A stretch of 64,000 nucleotides of DNA, taken from assembly GCA_964486865.1 (NCBI GenBank), contig CAZAOZ010000010.1, positions 6,255-70,254 on the forward strand, in the 5' to 3' direction. The notes under the pieces are model-generated. The model saw nothing but the letters and a program-made list of their open reading frames with translations, searched no databases and was not told the DNA's origin. A program made the position numbers and the translations under genes. The stretch comes from an uncultured Bordetella sp. (GTDB lineage: Bacteria; Pseudomonadota; Gammaproteobacteria; Burkholderiales; SG8-41). This document shows positions 23,803-32,810 of the stretch, piece after piece. Numbering within the stretch: position 1 is the stretch's first letter; each line of letters begins with the position of its first letter.

Positions 23803-24978
23803 TTACGGACCTACGTACTGTGCACTTTCTCTTGCAGCAACCTCATCGCGCTTGGCCTTGAATTCTTTCTTCGCAGCATACATGTGGACATCGACCCGCT
23901 TGATAAACGAAGCAGCATCTTCGTATTCATCCGGGCCCACCTGCGCGATCCCGGTGCTTAATGTGACATCTCCCAGACATTCCTGGAGTTCAATGTTAAG
24001 ACGCTTTAAATAAATCTCCCGCGCCTGCTCTGCCCGGCAATTGGGCAAAATCAGACAGAACTCGTCACCGCCGTAACGAAAACAACTGTCCTCGGTCCGC
24101 GACACCTTCCTGACCAGTCTGCCAACCTCGCTCAAGACTTCATCACCACGCTGGTGGCCCTGGGTGTCATTGATTATCTTGAAATCATTAATATCAAAAT
24201 ACACCAGTGTCACGGGTTCGGAGCGTCGTTCGGCACTTCGCAGGGTTCTCGTCAGCGTTTCGTTCAGATACCTCACGCTCAGCAGCCCGGTTAACGCATC
24301 GGTACGCGCCATTTCCTCAAGCTGCCGGGTACGCTCCCTGACTTTTTCTTCCAGCGACTTGGCGTAGAGTTCCGACTTCTCTTTGGAGATTTCTATTTCA
24401 GAAACCAGACTCCGGATATAAGTCTCAAACACCAGCGTCACGTCAAACAGGAGCAGCTTCTCAAGCGCCAACATCATTGATGCACGCTGGTCCGCGTCGG
24501 TTAATTCCCTGGCAATGACCTCATTCAGCAATGTTTTCAGGGTGCTGACAGCCGAAAGATACAACTTCGGTTCGACACCAATGCGTTTATGCACAAGACC
24601 AATTCGCAGCCGATTGTTGACATACTCAAGGTCGTACATTCCCCCGAACAGATCCAGCACATATCTGCGCTGCGCAGTCCGCAGGCGAGCCAGGGTATCC
24701 GCATCACCAATCAGCAGCGAGATTTCAGCGATGCTGGTTTGCAACTCGTAAAATTTCGCAACCAATCCATCAATGCCAGCCTGGATGACTGGTTGAAAGC
24801 TGTTGAGAGTCCTGGCTTCAGCATCGGTAAAATCCAGCAAACTCTTGCGATGCGAAATATCGAATTCGCTAATCCGCATCTGCTCAAGCAGGCTTAGATT
24901 GGTTTGCCTCCTTTGGTCCATTTGCGCCACTGCACATCCCTTTTTCGTCGAGATATTGAAATCGGTGAATCCAGCCAT
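23803..24978 (-). CDS. globin-coupled-sensor diguanylate cyclase (GGDEF)
   Basis: 391 aa. N-terminal globin-coupled sensor-like domain (FTDAEARTLNSFQPVIQAGIDGLVAKFYE...RIGLVHKRIGVEPKLYLSA). C-terminal GGDEF domain with RYGGDEF and DALTGL. The gene and its upstream region have lower GC. Confidence 0.75.
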   Translation of the reverse strand: MAGFTDFNISTKKGCAVAQMDQRRQTNLSLLEQMRISEFDISHRKSLLDFTDAEARTLNSFQPVIQAGIDGLVAKFYELQTSIAEISLLIGDADTLARLRTAQRRYVLDLFGGMYDLEYVNNRLRIGLVHKRIGVEPKLYLSAVSTLKTLLNEVIARELTDADQRASMMLALEKLLLFDVTLVFETYIRSLVSEIEISKEKSELYAKSLEEKVRERTRQLEEMARTDALTGLLSVRYLNETLTRTLRSAERRSEPVTLVYFDINDFKIINDTQGHQRGDEVLSEVGRLVRKVSRTEDSCFRYGGDEFCLILPNCRAEQAREIYLKRLNIELQECLGDVTLSTGIAQVGPDEYEDAASFIKRVDVHMYAAKKEFKAKRDEVAARESAQYVGP

Positions 24979-25336
24979 TAAGCACCCAAGCCAGCATGCT
25001 GCATTGTGGAGACCACTGATCGCCCGAACAGGCGCAAAAAATACGAGTGTTTCCCGGATTAGGGCCTCTTCTTCGTATCCCTCACTGGCCGTCTGGGAGT
25101 CATGGAAGACGCGATTACGCCGCCCTGTAGCACTGCCACTTCGCGGCGTTGACTTAATTCCGTCAATATCTCATTAAAAAAACAAATTAAATCAATTACT
25201 TATAATTTATCGCTGCGATTGCCTACATAGCCTGGCCGCACCTTGCCGGAAAGCGCCAGCACACAGATTGGCACTGCACCAGCGAAAGGTTTCCTCGGCA
25301 ACACCAGCGCACAGGCCGCCCGGGACCATGCACCAC

Positions 25337-28300
25337 TTACGGAGCTGCGCCCTCGAACCGTCGCCGATAAGCCACGTAATACAGTACCGGGATGACCACC
25401 AGCGTCAGCAATGTTGACACCAGAATGCCGAAAATCAGCGCAATCGCCAGCCCGTTGAATATCGGATCGTCGAGAATGAACATCGCCCCGAGCATCGCCG
25501 CCAGCCCGGTCAGCACAATCGGCTTGGCCCGCGCCACCGCGGATTGCATCACCGCCTCGCGCAGCGACACACCTTCGGCCATCTTCAGGTTGATGAAATC
25601 CACCAGCAGGATCGAGTTGCGCACGATGATGCCGGCCAGCGCGATCATGCCGATCATCGAGGTTGCGGTGAAATTCGCACCGAACAGCGCATGGCCGGGC
25701 ATCACGCCGATCACCGTCAGCGGGATCGGCGCCATGATGATCAGCGGCGCGAGATAGGAGCGGAACTGCGCCACCACCAGCAGATAGATCAGGATCAGGC
25801 CCACCGCATAGGCAATGCCCATATCGCGGAAGGTTTCGTAGGTGACTTTCCATTCACCATCCCACTTGATCGCGTACTCGCGGTACGGATCGTCCGGCAC
25901 ACGAATGAAATATTCGCCGAGCACGCCGCCCTCTTCCAGCGGCTGCCCGGCCACTTTGCCGCGCGCGGCGAACATGCCGTAGAGCGGGCTGTCGACGCGC
26001 CCTGCCTGGTCGCCGATCACGTACACCACCGGCAGCAGGTCCTTGTGATAAATCGGCCGGTCGCGCAGGTTGCGCACCTCCGTCACCAGTTCCGACAGAG
26101 GCACCAGACCGCCGGCCTGCCCGCGCACCGTCAGCTTCAGGAAATCCGCCAGTTCACCCTTGCGCTCCGCCGGCATCGACAGCCGCACCGGCACTTCGTA
26201 TTTCGACTGCCCGTCGTGCAGCGGCGTCACGTCGGCGCCGGCCAGCCCGATGCGCATGGTTTCGACGATGTCGCGGCGATTGACTCCGGCCAGCGCCGCC
26301 TTGGCCTGATCGACCTTGAGCACGATGCGCGGCGCCGGATCTTCCACGCTGTCGTCAATGCCGACGATACCCGCGGTCGCCGCAAAGGCTGCACGCACCT
26401 TCTTTGCCACGCGGATGCGGCCCTGTTCATCCGGGCCGTAGACTTCGGCGACCAGCGGCGACAGCACCGGCGGCCCCGGCGGCACCTCGACCACCTTGAC
26501 CTTGGCATCCCACTGCGCGGCGATGGCTTCCAGCTTCGGACGCACCGCCTGCGCGATCTCGTGGCTCTGCCGGTCGCGCGCATGCTTGTCGACCAGGTTG
26601 ACCTGAATGTCGCCCTGCTCGGACAGCGCGCGCAAATAGTATTGCCGCACCAGGCCGTTGAAATTGATCGGCGCCGCAGTACCCGCATAGACCTGGTAAT
26701 GCGTCACTTCAGGTACCGTCGCCAGATGTGCACCCATGTCGCGTAACGCGGCTGCAGTGATTTCCACCGGGGTGCCGGCCGGCATGTCAACAACCACCTG
26801 AAATTCCGACTTGTTGTCAAAGGGCAGCATTTTCAGAATCACCAGCTTGAAGCCCGCCAGTGCTACCGAACCGAGAATCAGCGCCACCACAACCAGCAAC
26901 AACCGGCGGCGATTGCGCGCAGCATGCTGCATGGTGATGAACGGGCCGAGCAGCCGCTGGAACAGGCGCTCGAGCCGGTCGCCACCGGCATTGTGATGGG
27001 CGGTCTTGCCGAGCAGCTTCAAGGCCAGCCATGGCGTCAACACAAATGCGATCACCAGCGAAATCAGCATGCCCATGCTGGCGTTGATCGGGATCGGGCT
27101 CATGTACGGCCCCATCAGGCCGGTGACGAAGGCCATCGGCAGCAATGCGGCAATCACCGTGAAGGTCGCCAGTATGGTCGGCCCGCCGACTTCATCGACC
27201 GCCAGCGGGATGACTTCCGCCAGCGGCTTGCGGTCGAGCGCCATGCGACGGTGGATGTTTTCGACGACCACGATCGCGTCGTCAACCAGGATGCCGATCG
27301 AGAAGATCAATGCGAACAACGACACCCGGTTCAACGTAAAGCCCCACGCCCAGGACGCGAACAGCGTCGCCGCCAGAGTCAGAGCCACCGCCACACCGAC
27401 GATCAGTGCCTCGCGGCGCCCCAGGGTCAGGAATACCAGCACCACCACCGACAGCGTGGCAAAGATCAGCTTCTGGATCAGCTTCATCGCCTTGTCGTTG
27501 GCCGTCGCGCCATAGTCGCGCGTAACGCTGACCTGCACATCATCGGGAATCACCGTACCGCGCAATTCCTCCACGCGCTGTATCACGCGTGCCGTGACCG
27601 CCACAGCGTTCTCACTGGCTTTCTTGGTGATTTGCATCGTCACCGCCGGCTGCTCGCCGCCGGCTGCAACACCCTGGTTCGCGCCGGCAGGGCCCGACCC
27701 GGTCCATACATACCGCGCTGGCTGATCCGGACCGTCCACCACTTCGGCCACATCCGCCAGATAGACCGGCCGGCTCTCGTAAGTACCGACGACCATATTC
27801 CTGACGTCGGATACAGAACTGAAAAATTCGCCGGTCTCCACCACCACGTCGCGGTTATCGCGGGTCAGTGTGCCGGCAGGCTGTGCAAGGTTCGACGCCT
27901 GCAGTGCATTGCGCAAATCCAGAACCGACAGACCGTGCGCAGTCAGGCGATCGGCATCCAGCCGGATCAGCGCTGCGCGGCCGGGGCCGCCGATCGTCTG
28001 CACTTCACGGGTACCGGGCACGCGCTTGAGTTCCACTTCCACAGCATGCGCCACGCGCTCGAGCTCGTAGGCGCCGTGCGCACTATCTCTGCTCCATAAC
28101 GTCAGCGTCACCACCGGCACATCATCAATACCCTTGGGCTTGATGATGGGCTCGCCGACGCCCAGATTGGGCGATACCCAGTCGCGATTGGAATTGATAG
28201 TGTCGTGGAGCCGCACCAGTGCGTCGATGCGCGGCACACCAACCTTGAACTGCACTGTAATGATCGCCAGCCCGCTGCGCGATACCGAGTACACGTGATC

Positions 28301-28546
28301 AACGCCGGTCATCTGTGCCAATACCTGTTCGGCCGGTGTAGCCACCAGGTTCTCGACGTCTTTTACAGCGGCGCCCGGAAATGCGATCAGCACATTGGCC
28401 ATCGTCACATCGATCTGCGGCTCTTCCTCACGCGGCGTCACCACCACGGCGAACACCCCGAGCAGCAGCGCCACCAGTGCCAGCAACGGCGTGACCTGCG
28501 AACCCTGAAAGTAGCGGGCAATGCGCCCGGAAATCCCCATGTTCAC
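25337..28546 (-). CDS. RND efflux permease (AcrB/HAE-type)
   Basis: 1069-aa 12-TM RND architecture. 4-nt overlap with the upstream adaptor gene. Confidence 0.9.
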   Translation of the reverse strand: MNMGISGRIARYFQGSQVTPLLALVALLLGVFAVVVTPREEEPQIDVTMANVLIAFPGAAVKDVENLVATPAEQVLAQMTGVDHVYSVSRSGLAIITVQFKVGVPRIDALVRLHDTINSNRDWVSPNLGVGEPIIKPKGIDDVPVVTLTLWSRDSAHGAYELERVAHAVEVELKRVPGTREVQTIGGPGRAALIRLDADRLTAHGLSVLDLRNALQASNLAQPAGTLTRDNRDVVVETGEFFSSVSDVRNMVVGTYESRPVYLADVAEVVDGPDQPARYVWTGSGPAGANQGVAAGGEQPAVTMQITKKASENAVAVTARVIQRVEELRGTVIPDDVQVSVTRDYGATANDKAMKLIQKLIFATLSVVVLVFLTLGRREALIVGVAVALTLAATLFASWAWGFTLNRVSLFALIFSIGILVDDAIVVVENIHRRMALDRKPLAEVIPLAVDEVGGPTILATFTVIAALLPMAFVTGLMGPYMSPIPINASMGMLISLVIAFVLTPWLALKLLGKTAHHNAGGDRLERLFQRLLGPFITMQHAARNRRRLLLVVVALILGSVALAGFKLVILKMLPFDNKSEFQVVVDMPAGTPVEITAAALRDMGAHLATVPEVTHYQVYAGTAAPINFNGLVRQYYLRALSEQGDIQVNLVDKHARDRQSHEIAQAVRPKLEAIAAQWDAKVKVVEVPPGPPVLSPLVAEVYGPDEQGRIRVAKKVRAAFAATAGIVGIDDSVEDPAPRIVLKVDQAKAALAGVNRRDIVETMRIGLAGADVTPLHDGQSKYEVPVRLSMPAERKGELADFLKLTVRGQAGGLVPLSELVTEVRNLRDRPIYHKDLLPVVYVIGDQAGRVDSPLYGMFAARGKVAGQPLEEGGVLGEYFIRVPDDPYREYAIKWDGEWKVTYETFRDMGIAYAVGLILIYLLVVAQFRSYLAPLIIMAPIPLTVIGVMPGHALFGANFTATSMIGMIALAGIIVRNSILLVDFINLKMAEGVSLREAVMQSAVARAKPIVLTGLAAMLGAMFILDDPIFNGLAIALIFGILVSTLLTLVVIPVLYYVAYRRRFEGAAP

Positions 28547-29598
28547 CGGCCGTGCGCCATGCCGGCCTTGACCGGCTCCAGCGCCACCCGCTCACCCGCT
28601 TTCAGGCCTGCGAGCACTTCGATGCCCTGCCCGTCGCCTGCCGTGCCGAGACGGATCTGGCGCAACCGCGGCGCACCTTTGTCGTCGATTACATAGACCG
28701 CAGTCACCTCACTGCGTCGCAGGACTGCGGCGCGCGGCACCAGCAGCCGTGTCGCGCGGCCCGTTGCAAAATGCGCGCGGGCAAACACGCCGGGAATAAT
28801 GCCGTTGATGTCCGCAGGCAGTTCAAGTCGTACACGGGTGGTATGCGTGCGTGGATCGGCCGAGGGTACAACCGTAATCTGCTTCGCCTCAAATCGACGA
28901 CCCAGTGCCGGCACTTCGACCCAGGCTCTACCGATGGCCCGTATCGCCGTCAACTGTGCCTGCGGCAGATTGGCCACGACCCGCAGCGTCGACGGATCAA
29001 ACCCCGTCATCACCGGCTTGCCGGGTACCGCCATTTCACCGACCTCAACATGGCGCGCGGAAACCACCCCGCTGTACGGCGCGACAATGGTGGCAAAACT
29101 GCGTTCGGTGGCGGCCAACCCTGCACCGGCAATCAGCGAGGAAACACGGGCCTGCGCGGCCTTGTAGTCCGCTTCCGCGCGGTCGAGTCCGGCCGCGCTG
29201 ATGAATTTCTGAGCAGCCAACTGTTTGGAACGTTCAAACTGCGCGCGGGCATTGGCGAGTGCCGCCTGCGCCTCCAGCACCTGCGCCGCACTGGCAGCCA
29301 CGGCCTGGTTGACCGTACGCTCATCAATGCGCGCGATGACTTCACCCTTCTTCACAATGTCACCGACGTCGAAGCGCACTTCGACCACGCGGCCGGCAAT
29401 CTGCGCAGCGACTGTGGATTGGCGCACCGCCTCGACCACCGCTTCCGCCGTGTAAACCAGATCAATCTCGCGCGCTTCGACGACTGCCGACGGCAGCGGT
29501 GCCGCCGGCGCCCGTGCCGGCGCTCCGGATTCTCCGCCGCAGGCGGCAATCAGCGCGACGACGGCAAGTGCGGTCGGCAATCTCATGCGGGTATTCAT
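28543..29598 (-). CDS. RND periplasmic adaptor (MFP) lipoprotein
   Basis: 351 aa with lipobox LIAAC, plus coiled-coil hairpin and beta-barrel segments. Confidence 0.85.
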   Translation of the reverse strand: MNTRMRLPTALAVVALIAACGGESGAPARAPAAPLPSAVVEAREIDLVYTAEAVVEAVRQSTVAAQIAGRVVEVRFDVGDIVKKGEVIARIDERTVNQAVAASAAQVLEAQAALANARAQFERSKQLAAQKFISAAGLDRAEADYKAAQARVSSLIAGAGLAATERSFATIVAPYSGVVSARHVEVGEMAVPGKPVMTGFDPSTLRVVANLPQAQLTAIRAIGRAWVEVPALGRRFEAKQITVVPSADPRTHTTRVRLELPADINGIIPGVFARAHFATGRATRLLVPRAAVLRRSEVTAVYVIDDKGAPRLRQIRLGTAGDGQGIEVLAGLKAGERVALEPVKAGMAHGR

Positions 29599-29607
29599 GC
29601 GGATATG

Positions 29608-30060
29608 TTAGACCTGTTTGGTGATCCAGTTGACCAGCGTGCGCGCATCCATCGCGCCGGAGGTGCGCGCCACCTCCCGCCCGTCGCGGAACAGTACCAG
29701 CGTCGGAATTGCCCGGATGCCCGCGCGCGCGGCCACGGCCTGCGCTGCCTCGGTATCGACCTTGGCGAACAGCACGCGGGTCTGCAACTCGCGCGCCGCC
29801 GCCTTGAACTGCGGCGCCATCGCCCGGCACGGACCGCACCAGGCCGCCCAGTAGTCCACAACCACCGGCAACCCGGTGCGGGCAATCACGGTGTCATAGG
29901 TCGCATCGGTCAGCTCAACCGGCCCGTCCGGTAACAGCGCTGCTCCGCACTTGCCGCATTTGGGCGCGTCGCCCAGACGCTGCGCAGCGATGCGGTTTTC
30001 GGTCGCGCAAGCGGCGCATACCACATGCACATCATCAGCCTGCTGTGCCTGCATGACCAA
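29608..30060 (-). CDS. trxC: thioredoxin 2 (TrxC-type, N-terminal zinc finger)
   Basis: 150 aa. CAAC...CGKC zinc-finger extension followed by the WCGPC active site. Confidence 0.9.
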   Translation of the reverse strand: MVMQAQQADDVHVVCAACATENRIAAQRLGDAPKCGKCGAALLPDGPVELTDATYDTVIARTGLPVVVDYWAAWCGPCRAMAPQFKAAARELQTRVLFAKVDTEAAQAVAARAGIRAIPTLVLFRDGREVARTSGAMDARTLVNWITKQV

Positions 30061-30102
30061 ATCTCCTTTCGGCGTTTCGCCCGCAGTAAATCCGTGCCGG
30101 GC

Positions 30103-30128
30103 TATATACTATGGGGAGTATAGTATAT
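30103..30128. promoter_or_regulatory. candidate CsoR/RcnR-family operator (TACT-N2-G4-AGTA core inside an AT-rich palindrome)
   Basis: tatatactatggggagtatagtatat lies in the 136-bp divergent region between trxC and the CsoR-like gene. Confidence 0.55.
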
Positions 30129-30196
30129 CAAACAACCGACCCCTTGCAACCGCATACCCGGCGGAGTACCCTGAATCACCTTTTTACGGAGCCCCC

Positions 30197-30472
30197 ATGG
30201 CCGTCATCGAAGACCAGCAACACCGCAAGGAACTGATTCTGCGCCTGAAACGCGTCGAAGGTCAGATACGCGGCATCCAGGCGATGATCGACAGCGGCGC
30301 CGAGTGCGAAAAAGTGACCCAGCAGTTGTCCGCGGCGCGGCGCGCGCTGGACAAGGCATTTTTCAGCGTGCTCGCCTGCGCGATCCAGACCACACCGGAA
30401 AAAGCAGGCGGCACCAAAGCCGCCGAAGAACGCGTCAAACACGCGGCAGCCCTGCTGGCCAAGTTCGGCTGA
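30197..30472 (+). CDS. CsoR/RcnR/FrmR-family metal-sensing transcriptional repressor
   Basis: 91 aa from ATG 30197: MAVIEDQQHRKELILRLKRVEGQIRGIQAMIDSGAECEKVTQQLSAARRALDKAFFSVLAC... shows the RLxRIEGQxRG signature and the conserved Cys positions. Confidence 0.85.
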   Translation: MAVIEDQQHRKELILRLKRVEGQIRGIQAMIDSGAECEKVTQQLSAARRALDKAFFSVLACAIQTTPEKAGGTKAAEERVKHAAALLAKFG

Positions 30473-30546
30473 TGAACTTTTCGCCAGCGCAATGGTCTCC
30501 AAATATTAATTGCGGGACTTGCTGAAAATCCATAAACTGCTGTCCG

Positions 30547-30918
30547 ATGAAAAGCGTGCGACTGATTGCCGTCTGGTTGTTGATGCTGGCCCTGCCGCTG
30601 CAGGGACTGGCCGCAATTGCGCCATCGGCAGGCTGCGCCGACGACCCGTCAGGGGCTGCGGTACAGACCATGCACGACAGCCAGCATGGCGTCATCGCGC
30701 AGCAGGCCCATGACCACCCCGCGGATTATCCGCAGCACGACGACAGCCAGCCCGCAAACCAGACCAGCGGGCATTCCTGCTGCCATCATGCGTTTTCCGG
30801 CACGCCATCGGCCGCAATCCCGGGCCTGCCCGCGCCGCCGCATGCGGTAATGCCGCGCGTATCGCTGCTGGCCACGCTCCACATCCCCGAACTGCCCCAG
30901 CGCCCGCCCCGGGCCTGA
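30547..30918 (+). CDS. small exported His/Cys-rich protein, CzcI-like (C-terminal ...PQRPPRA)
   Basis: 123 aa with signal peptide MKSVRLIAVWLLMLALPLQGLAA. His-rich stretch and SGHSCCHH. Proline-rich tail ending ELPQRPPRA. Confidence 0.5.
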   Translation: MKSVRLIAVWLLMLALPLQGLAAIAPSAGCADDPSGAAVQTMHDSQHGVIAQQAHDHPADYPQHDDSQPANQTSGHSCCHHAFSGTPSAAIPGLPAPPHAVMPRVSLLATLHIPELPQRPPRA

Positions 30919-31010
30919 TCCCCTGCTTTTCCAGCAGGCACTCCACGCTGATTGCGCGGCAGTGCTGCGTTGGGCGACGCAATCGCCCGTAACACGCTTT
31001 GGGGATCATC

Positions 31011-31355
31011 ATGCAGTTGAAACTTGCAGTGTTGTGCTGCGCCTGCGCAGCGTTCTGGTTGTCACCCGCGATGGCGCAACAGCGCACGAACGCCAATCCC
31101 GCGGATCCGCGGGCTGAAGTACCTCCCGCGCGCTACCAGTCGGCATTCACCGGCTATCAGTCGTTTCGCGATGAAAAGCTCGCGCCCTGGCGCGAAGTCA
31201 ATGACGAAGCCGCGCGCGTCGGCGGCCATACCGGCATCTTCGGCGGCGGCGCGCACACCGGCCATGGCGCCACCAAACCCGCCGCCGGCACGCCCGCGCC
31301 TGCAGCAGCACCGCATGCGATGCATGGCAAGGACCATAAAGGAATGACCAAATGA
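31011..31355 (+). CDS. small exported protein of unknown function, translationally coupled to the TolC-family gene
   Basis: Signal peptide MQLKLAVLCCACAAFWLSPAMA and a His/Gly-rich C-terminus. Its stop overlaps the next ATG (ATGA at 31352-31355). Confidence 0.5.
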   Translation: MQLKLAVLCCACAAFWLSPAMAQQRTNANPADPRAEVPPARYQSAFTGYQSFRDEKLAPWREVNDEAARVGGHTGIFGGGAHTGHGATKPAAGTPAPAAAPHAMHGKDHKGMTK

Positions 31356-32791
31356 ATCCATCAACACAACAACAGTCCGGACGCCCGGCGCGCGTGATCG
31401 CCGCGGCGGTCGCGCTCGCCTTGCTGGGCGGCTGCGCCTCGCTCTCCGAGGACGGCGGCTTCAGTTCCGTGCAAAGCGCAGCGAGAGAACGCGGCATCAA
31501 TCAGGACATGCCATGGATCAAGACTGAGCAGGATGCCGGTAACGCCCGCGTATCGGTCAGAAAACTGCTGGCTGCGCCGCTGACCGCGGATACCGCCGTA
31601 CAGATCGCGTTGATCAACAACCGCGGGCTGCAGGCCACCTACTCCGAGCTCGGCATTGCCGAAGCCGACGTGGTACAGGCCGGACGGCTGCGCAATCCGG
31701 GTTTTTCTTTCGGACGCTTCACCCGCGCGGACGAAGTGGAGATCGAGCGCACTTTTCTGTTCGACATCCTCGGCCTGATTACCATGCCGATCCGCACCGA
31801 TCTGGAAAAGCGGCGCTTCGAGCTGACCAAAGGCCGCGTCGCAATGGAAGCGCTGCAGGTGGCCGCCGATACCCGCCGCGCGTACTTCAGCGCAGTCGCC
31901 GCGCAGGAAGCCGTCAAATACATGGAGCAAGTCAGGATGGCCGCGGAAACCAGCGCCGAACTGGCACGCCGCATGGCTGCTGTCGGCAACTTCAGCAAGC
32001 TCGACCGGGCGCGCGAGCAGGTGTTTTATGCCGAAACGACGGCACAACTTGCGCGCGTCAAACAACAAACACTGGCCGAGCGCGAACGACTCACGCGACT
32101 GATGGGCCTGTGGGGCGAGGACATCGCTTTCAAACTGCCCGAACGCCTGCCCGACCTGCCGAAATCAGCACCGGACATCGCCAACCTGGAAGCAACGACG
32201 CTGAAGCAACGCCTCGATGTGCAAGGCGCGATGCAGGAAGCGGAAAACCTCGCCGCTTCGCTCGGCCTGACCAAGGCAACCGGTTTCATCAATGTCATTG
32301 AGGTCGGATATTCACGCATCAGCGAAACCCATGAGCCGCGAAAATCCGGCTACGAAATCGAGTTGCGGCTGCCGATATTCGACTGGGGCGGCGCCCGCGT
32401 CGCCCGCGCCGAGCATACCTACATGCAGGCGGTAAACCGCGCCGCCGACATCGCAGTCAGGGCCCGTTCCGAAGTGCGTGAGGCGTACGCCGCCTACCGC
32501 ACGACGTACGATCTGGCGCGTCACTACCGCGACGAGATTGTGCCGCTGCGAAAACGCATCTCCGAAGAAAATCTGCTGCGTTACAACGGCATGCTGATCG
32601 GCGTATTCGAGCTGCTCGCCGATGCCCGCCAGCAGGTGGCCGGCGTCAACGCCTACATCGAGGCCCTGCGCGATTACTGGCTCAGTGAAACCAATCTGAA
32701 TCTCGCGCTGACCGGCAAGTCACCGGGCGCCATGAGCGTCGGCAGCAGCAGCGCCCAAGCCGCTGCCGGCGACGCCCAGCCCGGCCACTAA
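31352..32791 (+). CDS. TolC-family outer-membrane efflux lipoprotein
   Basis: 479 aa with lipobox LLGGC and two OEP repeats. Confidence 0.8.
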   Translation: MNPSTQQQSGRPARVIAAAVALALLGGCASLSEDGGFSSVQSAARERGINQDMPWIKTEQDAGNARVSVRKLLAAPLTADTAVQIALINNRGLQATYSELGIAEADVVQAGRLRNPGFSFGRFTRADEVEIERTFLFDILGLITMPIRTDLEKRRFELTKGRVAMEALQVAADTRRAYFSAVAAQEAVKYMEQVRMAAETSAELARRMAAVGNFSKLDRAREQVFYAETTAQLARVKQQTLAERERLTRLMGLWGEDIAFKLPERLPDLPKSAPDIANLEATTLKQRLDVQGAMQEAENLAASLGLTKATGFINVIEVGYSRISETHEPRKSGYEIELRLPIFDWGGARVARAEHTYMQAVNRAADIAVRARSEVREAYAAYRTTYDLARHYRDEIVPLRKRISEENLLRYNGMLIGVFELLADARQQVAGVNAYIEALRDYWLSETNLNLALTGKSPGAMSVGSSSAQAAAGDAQPGH

Positions 32792-32810
32792 CACATTTCC
32801 CGGAGACACC

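Noticed and set aside
25148-25170. TTGAC-N8-GTCAA upstream of the globin-coupled cyclase as an FNR box.
   Set aside because: The half-site spacing is 8 rather than 4 nt, which is incompatible with Crp/Fnr dimer binding.
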